Origin: Sedimenticolaceae bacterium
GTDB taxonomy: Bacteria; Pseudomonadota; Gammaproteobacteria; Chromatiales; Chromatiaceae
NCBI GenBank assembly: GCA_050291465.1
Contig: JBNKJV010000009.1
Location: forward strand, 52,442 to 116,441
Direction of reading: 5' to 3'
DNA length: 64,000 nt
Shown here: one piece after another, positions 9,412-20,588 of the stretch
Position numbering within the stretch: position 1 is the stretch's first letter
How the letters are laid out: every line of letters starts with the position of its first letter
Position numbers and translations under genes: made by a program
Notes under the pieces: generated by a model
What the model was told of the DNA's origin: nothing
Seen by the model: only the letters and a program-made list of their open reading frames with translations
Database searches by the model: none

Positions 9412-10092
9412 TTACCCCGCGCTGGCCGGATCCTCATCCAGCACCGCCGTTTCCACGCGCTTGCTGTTTTTGGTTTTCAGGGTTTCTATAAGGCCGTCCA
9501 TACCGTGGATGCGGATCTCCTGCTGGAATTTGGTCCGATAGGTGGTTACCAGACTGACGTTTTCGATCTTGACGTTGTAGACCTTCCAGCCTCCTGATTT
9601 ACTGCGATACATCCGGTAATCGACCGAAACGGGCTGCGCTCCCGGGCGCAATATCTGGGTACGTACAAAGACCTCACCGTCCCTGCTCCCCGGCTTTACC
9701 GGCAGATGGCGAATCTCCCACTCCTTGATTTCACGAAAAGCCGTGGCATAGGTGCGAACCAGAAGCAATTTGAACTGCTCTACGAACTCCTTTTTTTGCG
9801 CGGGCTGAGCGCGCCGCCAATGTTTCCCCAGAGCCAGGCTGGAAACACGGCCGAAATCGATATAAGGGACCAAAAGCTCGTCGGCGAGCTGATAGACATA
9901 ACCCGGATCATTCTGCAGCCGCTCCCGATCTCTCTTCAGGATATCCTGAAGCTGATCGGATATATCCTGGATTATCGCCTGGGGTTCCTCAAGCTGTTCC
10001 GCACCAACCGCTTCAGGTGCTGTAAGCACAAGACCGAACCACCCGCAAAGGGCTGTGAATAAAAAGACTCTGGAGTTGACCTGGGCAGACAT
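9412..10092 (-). CDS. MlaC/Ttg2D-family periplasmic lipid-binding protein (stand-alone)
   Basis: 226-aa ORF with a signal peptide. It aligns by eye with E. coli MlaC (LLVPYIDF, ALGKHWRRAQPAQKKEF, WKVYNVKIENVSLV). No mlaFEDB genes are adjacent. Confidence 0.8.
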   Translation of the reverse strand: MSAQVNSRVFLFTALCGWFGLVLTAPEAVGAEQLEEPQAIIQDISDQLQDILKRDRERLQNDPGYVYQLADELLVPYIDFGRVSSLALGKHWRRAQPAQKKEFVEQFKLLLVRTYATAFREIKEWEIRHLPVKPGSRDGEVFVRTQILRPGAQPVSVDYRMYRSKSGGWKVYNVKIENVSLVTTYRTKFQQEIRIHGMDGLIETLKTKNSKRVETAVLDEDPASAG

Positions 10093-10156
10093 AATTAAAT
10101 TCCTTTTCGCTTCATAAAATACCGCCTTCTATGTAGCGTTCACCGGAGACAATGCT

Positions 10157-10531
10157 TTAGGCACCGGAAGGAAGAATATGTTCTCCCGCCTGCTCGTGAA
10201 TCCAGTCCCGAATCCAGTGAACCGCGCGGGATCCCGCAAAGCGCCCAAGCTCCTCACCTTTAAGGAAGAGTATAACAGTCGGAAACCCCCGCAGACGATA
10301 ATGGCCGGCGAGACGCATATTGTCGTCCACCTCAACCTTGGCCAGAAGCAGTTTTCCCCGGTATTCCTCCACAACCCGCTCCAGGGCGGGGGCCAGGGCG
10401 ATGCAGGGTGCACACCACTCCGCCCAGAAATCGACCAGGATCAACTGCTCCCTTGAAGCCTCAAGCACCTGCGCTTGAAAGCCCGCCTCATCCACATTAA
10501 ATATGAAAGGAGAGTGGCTCTTCACAACCAT
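10157..10531 (-). CDS. thioredoxin-family protein (CAPC active site)
   Basis: 124-aa ORF with VDFWAEWCAPC and the cis-Pro region GFPTVILF. It resembles the thioredoxin domain of YbbN/CnoX. Confidence 0.8.
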   Translation of the reverse strand: MVVKSHSPFIFNVDEAGFQAQVLEASREQLILVDFWAEWCAPCIALAPALERVVEEYRGKLLLAKVEVDDNMRLAGHYRLRGFPTVILFLKGEELGRFAGSRAVHWIRDWIHEQAGEHILPSGA

Positions 10532-10769
10532 GCCCAGGCAGCAGATTCAGACATTCTTTTTATTCCCATAGCAGCGGTTTCCGCCAAGCAGGGGGGCAAT
10601 CCTACGCCATGCCTGTCCCCGAGAAAACCGGGAAATTTCTGAACCTGTCCCGACCAACAACCTTTGGGAGTTTTGCCCCTACCTTCTCTTGAGGTATGTT
10701 ATGTTAATCCCAAGGGGCTGCCGTTGAGGCGGTTTACAGACCCAGCGGCCGGCATTTGTCGCCCGTTGA

Positions 10770-11810
<1,041 letters not shown>

Positions 11811-11844
11811 TTTTTCCCGCAGGGACGCGGAGGTATGAAAGACC

Positions 11845-12660
11845 ATGACAGACAGTTACGCCGTCATCGGCAACCCCATCGAGCACAGCAGATCTCCTGA
11901 GATTCATGCCGCTTTCGCCCAACAGACCGGCCAGGATATGGAATACGGCCGTATTCTCGGCAACGACTTTGAGCGGGATGTCCGCGGATTTTTCGCCCGC
12001 GGAGGTCTGGGGCTGAACGTCACGGTTCCTTTCAAGGAGGAGGCGTGGCGGCTCTCTGATCAACGCAGTGACCGGGCGGAGACCGCGGGGGCGGTCAATA
12101 CCCTCATCCCCCTGCCGGGGGATCGGTTGCTGGGAGACAACACGGACGGTATTGGGCTGGTAAGGGATCTCACCATAAATCACGGCTGTCACCTGGAAGG
12201 ATGCGAAATCCTGTTGCTCGGCGCCGGCGGCGCCTCCCGCGGTGTCCTGCGCCCGCTGCTGGAAGCAAAACCGAAACGCCTGCTTATCGCCAATCGCACC
12301 CCCGCCAAAGCAGTGGATCTCGCTGCCTCGGTTACCGATCTGGGATGCGTTGAGGGCTGTGGTCTTGACGCTTTGGCGGATCAGAAATTCGACCTAATCA
12401 TCAACGGCACCTCGGCCGGGCTGGAAGGGGACGTGCCGCTCCTTCCCAACGAAATTCTGAAGATCGGCGGATGGACCTACGACATGATGTATGGCGATCT
12501 CCCCACGGCCTTTGTCTGCTGGGGACAGGGTCAGGGGGCGTCGAAAGCGATGGACGGCCTCGGCATGCTGGTGGAACAGGCCGCTGAATCGTTCTTTCTC
12601 TGGCGCGGCATCCGTCCCCAAACCGGCCCGGTAATCGATCTGCTGCGAGGAAGCTGTTGA
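11845..12660 (+). CDS. aroE: shikimate dehydrogenase
   Basis: 271-aa ORF with YAVIGNPIEHSRSPEIH, NVTVPFKE, GDNTDG and LLGAGGASRG. Confidence 0.92.
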   Translation: MTDSYAVIGNPIEHSRSPEIHAAFAQQTGQDMEYGRILGNDFERDVRGFFARGGLGLNVTVPFKEEAWRLSDQRSDRAETAGAVNTLIPLPGDRLLGDNTDGIGLVRDLTINHGCHLEGCEILLLGAGGASRGVLRPLLEAKPKRLLIANRTPAKAVDLAASVTDLGCVEGCGLDALADQKFDLIINGTSAGLEGDVPLLPNEILKIGGWTYDMMYGDLPTAFVCWGQGQGASKAMDGLGMLVEQAAESFFLWRGIRPQTGPVIDLLRGSC

Positions 12661-12804
12661 GGCCTTTTACCGAAACATGCGGCCAGTGGGCCGTGCCTGG
12701 AAATCATCACCGCTGGGTCACAAACCCCCCTCATCAGCGACTTACTCAGAGCCTCCTTAAGTTCTAAACTCAAGGTATACCCATTACTCCCCAAAGAAGC
12801 CCGT

Positions 12805-14007
12805 TTGCGAGAAATGGAAATACAGGTGGTTTACAACACCCTGGCCGATAGCAGGGTCTCTGCGCAGAGGCTGGCCGACGATCTCGCTTCCCGTCTCCGC
12901 GGTGCCCCCGATTACCTGGTTCTCTATCTGACCGAAGGCTACGACGCCGAACTGTTCCTGGAAACCCTGGCCACACGCTTCCCGCAGGCCGCTATCCAGG
13001 GAGGAACCTCCTGTCTGGGCGTCATGACCGCTGACGGTTTTCACAGCGAAGACGGTCGCGGCGCAGGGATTCTGGCCATCCATGATCCGCAAGGAGCCTA
13101 CGGTGTCGGGGCCGAGGCCATGGATCACGATCCTCAGGTGGCGGCCAGTACCGCGGTCCTGAACGCCCTGCAGCAGGCAAACCGTCCGGGAGAGGTGCCG
13201 GAACTGGTCTGGCTGGTAGGCCCACCCGGCCGGGAGGAGTCCATACTCCAGGGGATCGCCGAGGTGCTCGGCCCCAACGTCCCGGTTGCCGGCGGCAGTG
13301 TCGCGGACAACCAGGTTGCGGGCCGCTGGAGCCAGATGGCGGGCACCCGGGTGTTCGAAGACGCCGTTACGGTGGCGGTGCTGTTTCCCTCCACTTCCAT
13401 CACTTACGCCTTTCACAGCGGCTATTCACCCACCGATACCAGAGGCAGGATCACCAAGGCCAGCGGTCGAACCATCCTGGAGATCGACGGCAAACCCGCC
13501 GCCGAGGTCTACAATCGATGGACCGGGGGCGTCATCGAAGCCGCCCTCACTACCGGGGGCAAGATTCTCGGTGACACCACCCTGTTCCCCCTGGGACGCC
13601 AGGTCGGTGAAGTGGAGCAATTGCCCTTCTTCCGCCTCTCTCACCCGGAAGGCGTAACCCCCGAAAAGGGGCTCACCCTGTTCAGCGATGTGCAAGAGGG
13701 CGAGGAACTGGTGTTGATGACCGGCAACACCGAAACCCTGTTGTCACGTGCGGGACGGGTTGCCGGCGCCGCGCTGAAGGCCGGCGAATGGTCGCAGAAT
13801 GATATCGCGGGAGCACTGGTAATCTACTGTGCCGGTTGCATGCTTACGGTTGTTCCTGAGATGCATCAGGTAGCAGAGGGGCTGCGGAACGCTCTGCGGG
13901 ATGCACCGTTTCTAGGCACCTTTACTTTCGGCGAACAGGGCTGCTTCAAGGAGGGAAGTAACTACCACGGAAATCTGATGATCTCCGTAGTGCTTTTCCA
14001 CTGTTAG
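12805..14007 (+). CDS. FIST-domain sensor protein (NosP-like)
   Basis: 400-aa soluble ORF. Its length and layout fit FIST_N+FIST_C proteins, with a C-terminal LVIYCAGC...FGEQG motif. A histidine kinase gene follows 17 nt downstream. Confidence 0.7.
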   Translation: MREMEIQVVYNTLADSRVSAQRLADDLASRLRGAPDYLVLYLTEGYDAELFLETLATRFPQAAIQGGTSCLGVMTADGFHSEDGRGAGILAIHDPQGAYGVGAEAMDHDPQVAASTAVLNALQQANRPGEVPELVWLVGPPGREESILQGIAEVLGPNVPVAGGSVADNQVAGRWSQMAGTRVFEDAVTVAVLFPSTSITYAFHSGYSPTDTRGRITKASGRTILEIDGKPAAEVYNRWTGGVIEAALTTGGKILGDTTLFPLGRQVGEVEQLPFFRLSHPEGVTPEKGLTLFSDVQEGEELVLMTGNTETLLSRAGRVAGAALKAGEWSQNDIAGALVIYCAGCMLTVVPEMHQVAEGLRNALRDAPFLGTFTFGEQGCFKEGSNYHGNLMISVVLFHC

Positions 14008-14023
14008 CGAGGCCGGCGACGCC

Positions 14024-15307
14024 ATGAAGCCAGCAAAAGAGAACCAGACCGAGCTGCTGCGGGAGGCGTTGGTGGATTTGGAGCGGCTACGGCTGCGGGA
14101 GCATAACGCCTATCGGGAAAAGCGCGTTGTTCTAAACGCACTGCACACACTGAACAGCACCCAAAATACGGATCAGATGTTTCAGGAGCTGTTCCGCATA
14201 CTGCAGGATGTGGTGGGTTTTGATCAGGCTTTCCTGCTAAAAATGGATGACAACGGCTTGATGTATCCCCACGCCGCTACCGACGATCGTCTTAAGCACG
14301 GCTCTTGGCAGCCCGGGGATCTGTTCCGGCGGGTTCTGGCCGGGGAAACCGTGGCGTTATTCGACGTCTCCCATGTCCCCGAATGGCAGGCACAACCGGC
14401 GGGATTCCACGCCGACACGACCTCGGCGCTGCTTGCACCGCTGCGGCCCGGCAGGGAAGAGGGCATACTGATCGGCACCCATGCACGGCGGGGTGCCTTC
14501 TCGCGTGAGCAGATCAACCTCATCAAACAATTCGTACCACTGGTGGAACAAGCCCTGGTGACCGCCGAAGTCCGCGAAGCCCGCGACCGACAACAGCAAC
14601 TGGAAAAGGAAAAGGAGCTGGCGTTACGCTCGTCTCGCATGAAGGATGAATTTCTCTCCACTATGAGCCATGAACTCAGAACACCGATGAACGCCATCCT
14701 CGGCTTCTCGGAACTCCTGCTCTCCGAGGCGGACGGTTCCCTCGACGAGGAGCAGAGGGAATTTCTGGAGGAGATTCATATCGCCGGCAGACACCTGCTC
14801 AAGTTGATTAACGAGGTGCTTGATATCGGAAGGATTGACGCCGGGAAGATTGAGCTTCGGCCGACACCCCTGGACGTTGCGGAAATACTGCAGGAATGCG
14901 TCGCCATGCTTGACAATCAAGCCGCGGAAAGAGGGATAAAGATACTCTTGCAGGCGGCACGCACACGGATGGAACTGGACCCGTTCAGACTTAAACAGGT
15001 CTGTCTGAACTTGATCAGCAACGCCATAAAATACAACCATAACGGCGGCCGGATCGAAATACGCGTCCTGTCGAATGAAGGCGCCGCCGTGATCGAGGTG
15101 GAAGATAGCGGCATCGGCATGAACCCCAAGCAACTGGCAGAGGCCTTTGAGCCCTTCTCCCGCGTGGCGGAAAACAAGGTCGACATCGAGGGAACCGGCA
15201 TGGGTCTCACCATCAGCCGCAAACTGGTCAGACTTATGGGTGGGGAAATCGGGGCCGAGAGCACCCCCGGAAAGGGCAGCCTGTTCCGGATCATCATTCC
15301 CGGTTAA
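14024..15307 (+). CDS. GAF-domain sensor histidine kinase
   Basis: 427-aa ORF with a GAF-like N-terminal half, then the H-box (FLSTMSHELRTPMNAILGF), N-box (NLISNAIKYN) and G-boxes (DSGIGM, GTGMGLTIS). It has no TM segment or receiver domain. Confidence 0.88.
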   Translation: MKPAKENQTELLREALVDLERLRLREHNAYREKRVVLNALHTLNSTQNTDQMFQELFRILQDVVGFDQAFLLKMDDNGLMYPHAATDDRLKHGSWQPGDLFRRVLAGETVALFDVSHVPEWQAQPAGFHADTTSALLAPLRPGREEGILIGTHARRGAFSREQINLIKQFVPLVEQALVTAEVREARDRQQQLEKEKELALRSSRMKDEFLSTMSHELRTPMNAILGFSELLLSEADGSLDEEQREFLEEIHIAGRHLLKLINEVLDIGRIDAGKIELRPTPLDVAEILQECVAMLDNQAAERGIKILLQAARTRMELDPFRLKQVCLNLISNAIKYNHNGGRIEIRVLSNEGAAVIEVEDSGIGMNPKQLAEAFEPFSRVAENKVDIEGTGMGLTISRKLVRLMGGEIGAESTPGKGSLFRIIIPG

Positions 15308-15315
15308 GCGGCGTC

Positions 15316-15858
15316 TTACCCCTGTTCCGACTGCCGGTACTGTTGCGCCAGTTTGACATAATTGCCCGACACATAAACCAGAAAATCCAGCTCCCGCTCA
15401 GCCAGTTCCCGCACTTTGCGCACGGGCGATCCGTGATAGAGGTGGCCGCTCTCCAGAATCTTACCTTGCGGCACCAGGCTGCCGGCACCGAGGATCACAT
15501 TGGATTCGATCTTCGCACCATCCAGCACCACGGCCCCCATACCGATGAGGCAGTTGTCGCCGATGCTGCAACCATGCAACATCACCTTATGTCCCACGGT
15601 CACTCCGTTTCCGATCTCTACCGGAAAACCGCCCGGATTGTACTGGCTGTCATGGGTCACATGGATGACGCTTCCGTCCTGAATGTTGCTGCGGGCACCT
15701 ATACGGATATGGTGGATATCCCCGCGCACAACGCACAGCGGCCAGACCGAAGCCTGCGGCCCGATCTCCACATCACCGATGATAACCGCACTCCGGTCGA
15801 TCCAGGCATCCGCCGCAATATGGGGAACGAGATCCTGAAACGGTCGTATGTCCGGCAT
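15316..15858 (-). CDS. gamma-class carbonic anhydrase family (YrdA-like hexapeptide-repeat) protein
   Basis: Left-handed beta-helix repeats (VIIGDVEIGP, SVWPLCVVRGD, IGARSNIQDGSVIH). I moved the start to ATG 15858 (MPDIRPF), which is preceded by AGGAG. The track ORF starts 35 codons further upstream. Confidence 0.85.
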   Translation of the reverse strand: MPDIRPFQDLVPHIAADAWIDRSAVIIGDVEIGPQASVWPLCVVRGDIHHIRIGARSNIQDGSVIHVTHDSQYNPGGFPVEIGNGVTVGHKVMLHGCSIGDNCLIGMGAVVLDGAKIESNVILGAGSLVPQGKILESGHLYHGSPVRKVRELAERELDFLVYVSGNYVKLAQQYRQSEQG

Positions 15859-16022
15859 ATAAACACTCCTGAGTGAATTCAATCTTGCAGCGAAGAGACA
15901 GCGAGCATTTTGCGGGATATCTGAAAGTCCCGTCTCCAACTCAACCTGCTCGCTGATATACAAAATACCCTACTATGCTTGATGCTATACTGTTTCACGA
16001 TCCAATTTAACGGAGTATTTCA

Positions 16023-16595
16023 ATGGGCATCAGCACTTTTATCATCCTCGGTATTATCGCCGTAACCGGAGTCTACGCGGTAGTGATTTATAACCGCCTG
16101 GTGAGTCTCAAACACGGTGTGTCCAAGGCCTGGTCCAACATCGATGTTCTACTCAAGCAGCGTCACGACGAACTGCCGAAGCTGGTGGAAACCTGCAAGC
16201 AGTACATGCAATACGAGCAGGAGACTCTGGAACGGGTGATGAAGGCACGGGCGGCGGTCTCCGAGGCGCGCGAAAGGGGCGATGTGGGCGCTCTCGGCGC
16301 TGCGGAGGGTCAGCTCCGATTCGGTCTGGGCAATCTGTTCGCGGTTGCTGAAGCCTATCCCGACCTTAAGGCCAATGATACCTTCCAGCACCTGCAGAGC
16401 CGAATCAGCGGCCTGGAGGACAGCATTGCCGATCGTCGTGAGTTCTATAATGAAAGCGTTAATAACAACAACGTCCGTATTGAACAGTTTCCTGATGTAA
16501 TCATCGCCCGCATGTTCAATTTCCGATCCGCGGAATTGCTGGAGTTCGAGGAGGCGGAGAAGCAGGACGTAGATATTAAAGCGCTGTTTGATTAA
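16023..16595 (+). CDS. lemA: LemA family protein
   Basis: 190-aa ORF with an N-terminal TM segment and LemA motifs (VIYNRLV, WSNIDVLLKQRHDELP, FYNESVNNNN). Confidence 0.9.
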   Translation: MGISTFIILGIIAVTGVYAVVIYNRLVSLKHGVSKAWSNIDVLLKQRHDELPKLVETCKQYMQYEQETLERVMKARAAVSEARERGDVGALGAAEGQLRFGLGNLFAVAEAYPDLKANDTFQHLQSRISGLEDSIADRREFYNESVNNNNVRIEQFPDVIIARMFNFRSAELLEFEEAEKQDVDIKALFD

Positions 16596-16603
16596 CGCTA
16601 TAT

Positions 16604-17506
16604 ATGGTTGATGCTATCGCCGCCCTTCCGGCGGACGACTTCTGGACCTGGGCCCTGCTCTCTCTGGCGGCGTCGATCGCGGGCTTCTACTTTGGATTCC
16701 GATCCCTGCGCCGGGCGCGCATCATCGAGGATGTGCCCACCGCCCGCATCCGCTCGGCCCATCAGGGTTACGTGGAACTGGTAGGGGAAGCGGAACTGAT
16801 GGAGGGCCAGCCGATTCTGGCTCCCCTGAGCGGTACCGGCTGCTGTTGGTGGCGCTACCAGATCCATCGTAAGGGCTCCAAGGGCGGATGGAATCTACTG
16901 GAGAAGAAAAGCAGTGACGAACTGTTCCTGCTTAGGGACGAAACGGGACGCTGTATTATCGATCCGACCGGGGCCGAGGTCACCCCCAGGGAACGCAAGG
17001 TCTGGTACGGCTCCACCCGTTTTCCGCAAACCGGGAGCTCCGGCGGCGGGTTCGGACTGTTCTCGGAGTACCGCTATACCGAGGAATACCTGTTTCCCGA
17101 CTACCCCCTCTACGCCATCGGGCAGTTTCGCTCCCTGGATGACCATGATCACCAGACGGCCCGAAGCGAAATCACCCGGGTACTGCTGCGTGAATGGAAA
17201 CAGCGGCCGGAGGTGATGAGAAGCTTCGACAAAGACGGCGACGGCAGGGTGGACCTTCAGGAATGGGAGCAGGTGCGCCGCAGCGCCGCCGCCCAGGCCC
17301 GGCGGGAATACCAAGCGGAGCAGGAAAATCAGATCCCGCACATGATGAGCAAGCCGGAGGACAGCCGGCATCCGTTCCTGCTCTCCCCCAGATCCCAGGA
17401 TGATCTGATCCGACGCTATCGTCTCGTCGCCGCCTTTGCCATAGTGGTCTTTTTCGGCGCCGGAGCCCTGGCCACATTGCTGCTCACCGCGCGTTTAATG
17501 GGATAA
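16604..17506 (+). CDS. GIDE-domain membrane protein with an embedded EF-hand loop
   Basis: 300-aa ORF with N- and C-terminal TM segments. The GIDE-like core is GYVELVGEAE...APLSG..CCWWRY. A canonical EF-hand loop (DKDGDGRVDLQE) lies at nt 17228-17263. The gene starts 8 nt after lemA. Confidence 0.65.
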   Translation: MVDAIAALPADDFWTWALLSLAASIAGFYFGFRSLRRARIIEDVPTARIRSAHQGYVELVGEAELMEGQPILAPLSGTGCCWWRYQIHRKGSKGGWNLLEKKSSDELFLLRDETGRCIIDPTGAEVTPRERKVWYGSTRFPQTGSSGGGFGLFSEYRYTEEYLFPDYPLYAIGQFRSLDDHDHQTARSEITRVLLREWKQRPEVMRSFDKDGDGRVDLQEWEQVRRSAAAQARREYQAEQENQIPHMMSKPEDSRHPFLLSPRSQDDLIRRYRLVAAFAIVVFFGAGALATLLLTARLMG

Positions 17507-17566
17507 CTGCACGGCGCTGCCGGAATCGTGGCAGAATAGCCGCCGGTAAAATATTGGTTTCAGATA

Positions 17567-19615
17567 GTGACAATAGAAAATCCTCTGCTTAATCTCGAAG
17601 CGTTGCCCCCATTCTCCAAGATACGGCCGGTTCACGTTGAACCGGCCATCGATCAGTTGCTTCAAGAGAACCGCGAACTTACGCAACGACTGCTCCGGGA
17701 AGGGCGTACCTACACCTGGAAGAACCTGATAGAGCCCCTGGAGATCGCCGATGACCGGTTGAACCGGGCCTGGTCTCCGGTGAGTCATATGAACTCGGTG
17801 GTGAATAGCGATGATCTGCGCAAGGCCTACAACGTCTGCCTTCCGAAGTTGAGCGAGTATGCCACCGAGATGGGACAAAACGAGGCCCTCTACGAGGCCT
17901 ACCGTGGAGTGCTGCAAGGCGGGGAAGCGCTGGATCCGCCGCAACGAAAAACCCTGGAAAACGCACTGCTCGATTTTCACCTTTCCGGTGTGGATCTGGA
18001 AACGAAGAAAAAACGTCGATTCAAGGAGATCAGTCAGGAACTCTCCAAGCTCACCAGCCGCTTCGAGGAGAACCTGCTGGACGCCACCAACGCCTGGAAC
18101 AAGGTGATCAGCGATCCGCAGGAACTTTCCGGTCTGCCCCAATCAGCCCTTGATCTGGCCCATCAGACCGCACGGCAGCATGAAGCGGAAGGTTGGATGC
18201 TTACCCTGGAGTTTCCCTCTTATCTTCCGGTAATGACCTATGCCGACAACCGCGAGCTGCGGCGTGAGATGTACGAAGCCTACGCAACCCGCGCCTCCGA
18301 CCGCGGTCCCCACGCCGGAAAATGGGACAACGGGCAGATCATGGAACAGATCCTGCGTCTGCGTCACGAGGCCTCCCTGCTGCTCGGCTTTGCAAACTAT
18401 GCCGAGCGCTCATTGGCGAAAAAGATGGCCCGCTCCCCCGACGAGGTGGTGGCATTCCTGACCGACCTGGCGGAACGCTCCCATCCGCAGGCCCAGCGGG
18501 AGTTGAAGGAGTTGGAGGATTTCGCCGCCGAGACTTACGGAATGGCCGAACTGGAGGCCTGGGATATCGGCTACTACGGGGAAAAACTGCGTCGGCACCG
18601 CTATTCCATAACCCAGGAAGAGTTGAAGCCTTACTTCCCGGAAACCCGGGTAATCCCCGGCATGTTCGCCACCGTTGAGCGGCTGTTCCACATCCATATC
18701 ACCGAAGTGGATGGTGTGGATACCTGGCACCCGGCAGTGCGTTTTTTTGAGATCCGCGATGACGACGGCGAGATCCGCGGCCAGTTCTACCTTGACCTCT
18801 ACGCACGTCGCCACAAAAGGGGAGGCGCCTGGATGGACGATTGCGCTTCCCGGCTGGTAACGGACGAGTTTGATCAGATACCGGTCGCTTACCTTACCTG
18901 CAACCTTTCGCCGCCGGTGGGAGATAAACCGGCACTGTTCACTCATGACGAGGTGTTAACCCTATTCCATGAATTCGGTCATGGTCTGCACCATCTTCTG
19001 ACCCGTATCGACTACCCCGCGGTGGCGGGTATAAACGGCGTGGCCTGGGATGCGGTGGAGCTGCCTTCCCAATTCATGGAAAACTGGTGCTGGGAGCGGG
19101 AAGCACTGGATCTCATATCCGGACACTGGGAGAGCGGCGAACCGGTCCCGGAAGAACTCTATAAGCGCATGCTTGCCGCAAGAAACTTCCAGTCCGCCAT
19201 GCAGATGGTCCGGCAGTTGGAATTTGCTCTGTTCGACTTCCGCATACACCGGGAGTATGATCCTGACGCCGGAGGGCGTATCTACGAGATCCTGAAACAG
19301 GTGCGTGAGCAGGTTGCCGTGGTTCATCCGCCGGAATTCAATCGCTTCGCCCACGGTTTCTCCCATATCTTCGCCGGGGGCTACGGCGCCGGCTATTACA
19401 GCTACAAATGGGCGGAGGTCCTGTCCGCCGACGCTTTCTCCCTATTTGAGGAAAAAGGCGTATTCCATGAGGAAACCGGCCGCGCCTTTCTGCATAATAT
19501 CCTGGAACCGGGCGGATCGAAGGACGCCATGGAGCTGTTTGTTGCATTTCGCGGGCGAGAACCGAAAATCGACGCCCTGCTCCGTCACTGCGGTATCGAC
19601 ACCAGCAAAACATGA
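17567..19615 (+). CDS. prlC: oligopeptidase A (M3 metallopeptidase)
   Basis: 682-aa ORF with the HEFGHGLHH zinc motif. The N-terminus (NPLLNLEALPPFSKI) resembles E. coli PrlC. Confidence 0.93.
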   Translation: MTIENPLLNLEALPPFSKIRPVHVEPAIDQLLQENRELTQRLLREGRTYTWKNLIEPLEIADDRLNRAWSPVSHMNSVVNSDDLRKAYNVCLPKLSEYATEMGQNEALYEAYRGVLQGGEALDPPQRKTLENALLDFHLSGVDLETKKKRRFKEISQELSKLTSRFEENLLDATNAWNKVISDPQELSGLPQSALDLAHQTARQHEAEGWMLTLEFPSYLPVMTYADNRELRREMYEAYATRASDRGPHAGKWDNGQIMEQILRLRHEASLLLGFANYAERSLAKKMARSPDEVVAFLTDLAERSHPQAQRELKELEDFAAETYGMAELEAWDIGYYGEKLRRHRYSITQEELKPYFPETRVIPGMFATVERLFHIHITEVDGVDTWHPAVRFFEIRDDDGEIRGQFYLDLYARRHKRGGAWMDDCASRLVTDEFDQIPVAYLTCNLSPPVGDKPALFTHDEVLTLFHEFGHGLHHLLTRIDYPAVAGINGVAWDAVELPSQFMENWCWEREALDLISGHWESGEPVPEELYKRMLAARNFQSAMQMVRQLEFALFDFRIHREYDPDAGGRIYEILKQVREQVAVVHPPEFNRFAHGFSHIFAGGYGAGYYSYKWAEVLSADAFSLFEEKGVFHEETGRAFLHNILEPGGSKDAMELFVAFRGREPKIDALLRHCGIDTSKT

Positions 19616-20532
19616 AAATAACGATGCGAAAGATATTATTCGTCCTGCTGCTCGCGGCCTTTAACACCATCGAGGCTGCCCATATCACCGACAAACTTCT
19701 GGTTGGATTCTATGAAGAACCCGATGAAGCCACCCAACCTTCCCGTGTTCTCCCCAGCGGAACCCCCGTCGAGGTGATAAAGAAAGAGGGGGCATTCAGT
19801 CAGGTGCGGCTGTCCGACAGTTCGGTCGGCTGGATCAAGACGAACTACATCACCAACGAGAAGCCGGCCAAAGCCATGGTGCTCGAACTGCAGGCAAAGA
19901 CAGCTGATCTCCAGGAAAAATTGAAGAAGACGGAACAGGAACTGAAGGCGGCCCGTGCTGCTGCGGCATCCGGCGGTGGCGAGGTACAAAAGCTCAAGCA
20001 GGAGCTCGCTCAGGTCCGCGAGCAGCTTGCCCAGGCAAACGACAAGATCGAAGAACTACAGAAAGCGGATATGCCGGTGGATGAGAAGGTCGCCGCGCTG
20101 GAGAAGGAACTGGATGTGGCCGCAGAGGCGCTGGAGGAGAGCAAGACCGAATCCATGCTGCTGCGGGATCAGTTGAAAATGCTGACCGGAGAGGCCGCCG
20201 CCGGAAAGGTCGGCGAGGCGCGTATTGTTGACCTCGAAACCCGGCTGGCGACGGCCCTGAAAGCACTGGAGGAGTCAAAGAAGAGCGACAGCGCAAAAGA
20301 ATCCGAACTGCTTCGCGTGCAGCAGGCGAACCGGGCCCTGTGGGAGCGTATTACCGAAGCAGCCGAGCTTTTGGGAACAGCCGAGAAGATGGAGCCCCCG
20401 GAGCCGGTAACGGAGGAGGGGTCCTCCTGGTGGTATCTGCTGCTGTCGCTGCTGGCGCTCGGCGGGTTCGTGATCGGCGTCGCCTTCAAGGACTATCTCG
20501 TGAGGAGACGTTACGGCGGATTCCGGATCTAA
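19612..20532 (+). CDS. SH3-domain / coiled-coil membrane-anchored protein (YgiM/TIGR04211-like)
   Basis: 306-aa ORF with a signal peptide, a bacterial SH3 region (VEVIKKEGAFSQVRLSDSSVGWI), a long coiled coil and a C-terminal TM segment. It has an ATGA overlap with prlC. Confidence 0.7.
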   Translation: MKITMRKILFVLLLAAFNTIEAAHITDKLLVGFYEEPDEATQPSRVLPSGTPVEVIKKEGAFSQVRLSDSSVGWIKTNYITNEKPAKAMVLELQAKTADLQEKLKKTEQELKAARAAAASGGGEVQKLKQELAQVREQLAQANDKIEELQKADMPVDEKVAALEKELDVAAEALEESKTESMLLRDQLKMLTGEAAAGKVGEARIVDLETRLATALKALEESKKSDSAKESELLRVQQANRALWERITEAAELLGTAEKMEPPEPVTEEGSSWWYLLLSLLALGGFVIGVAFKDYLVRRRYGGFRI

Positions 20533-20588
20533 GCGAATGTTAATCCTTCCGACCGGAATCGAAACAACGGGAAAAGACTCAAGATCAG

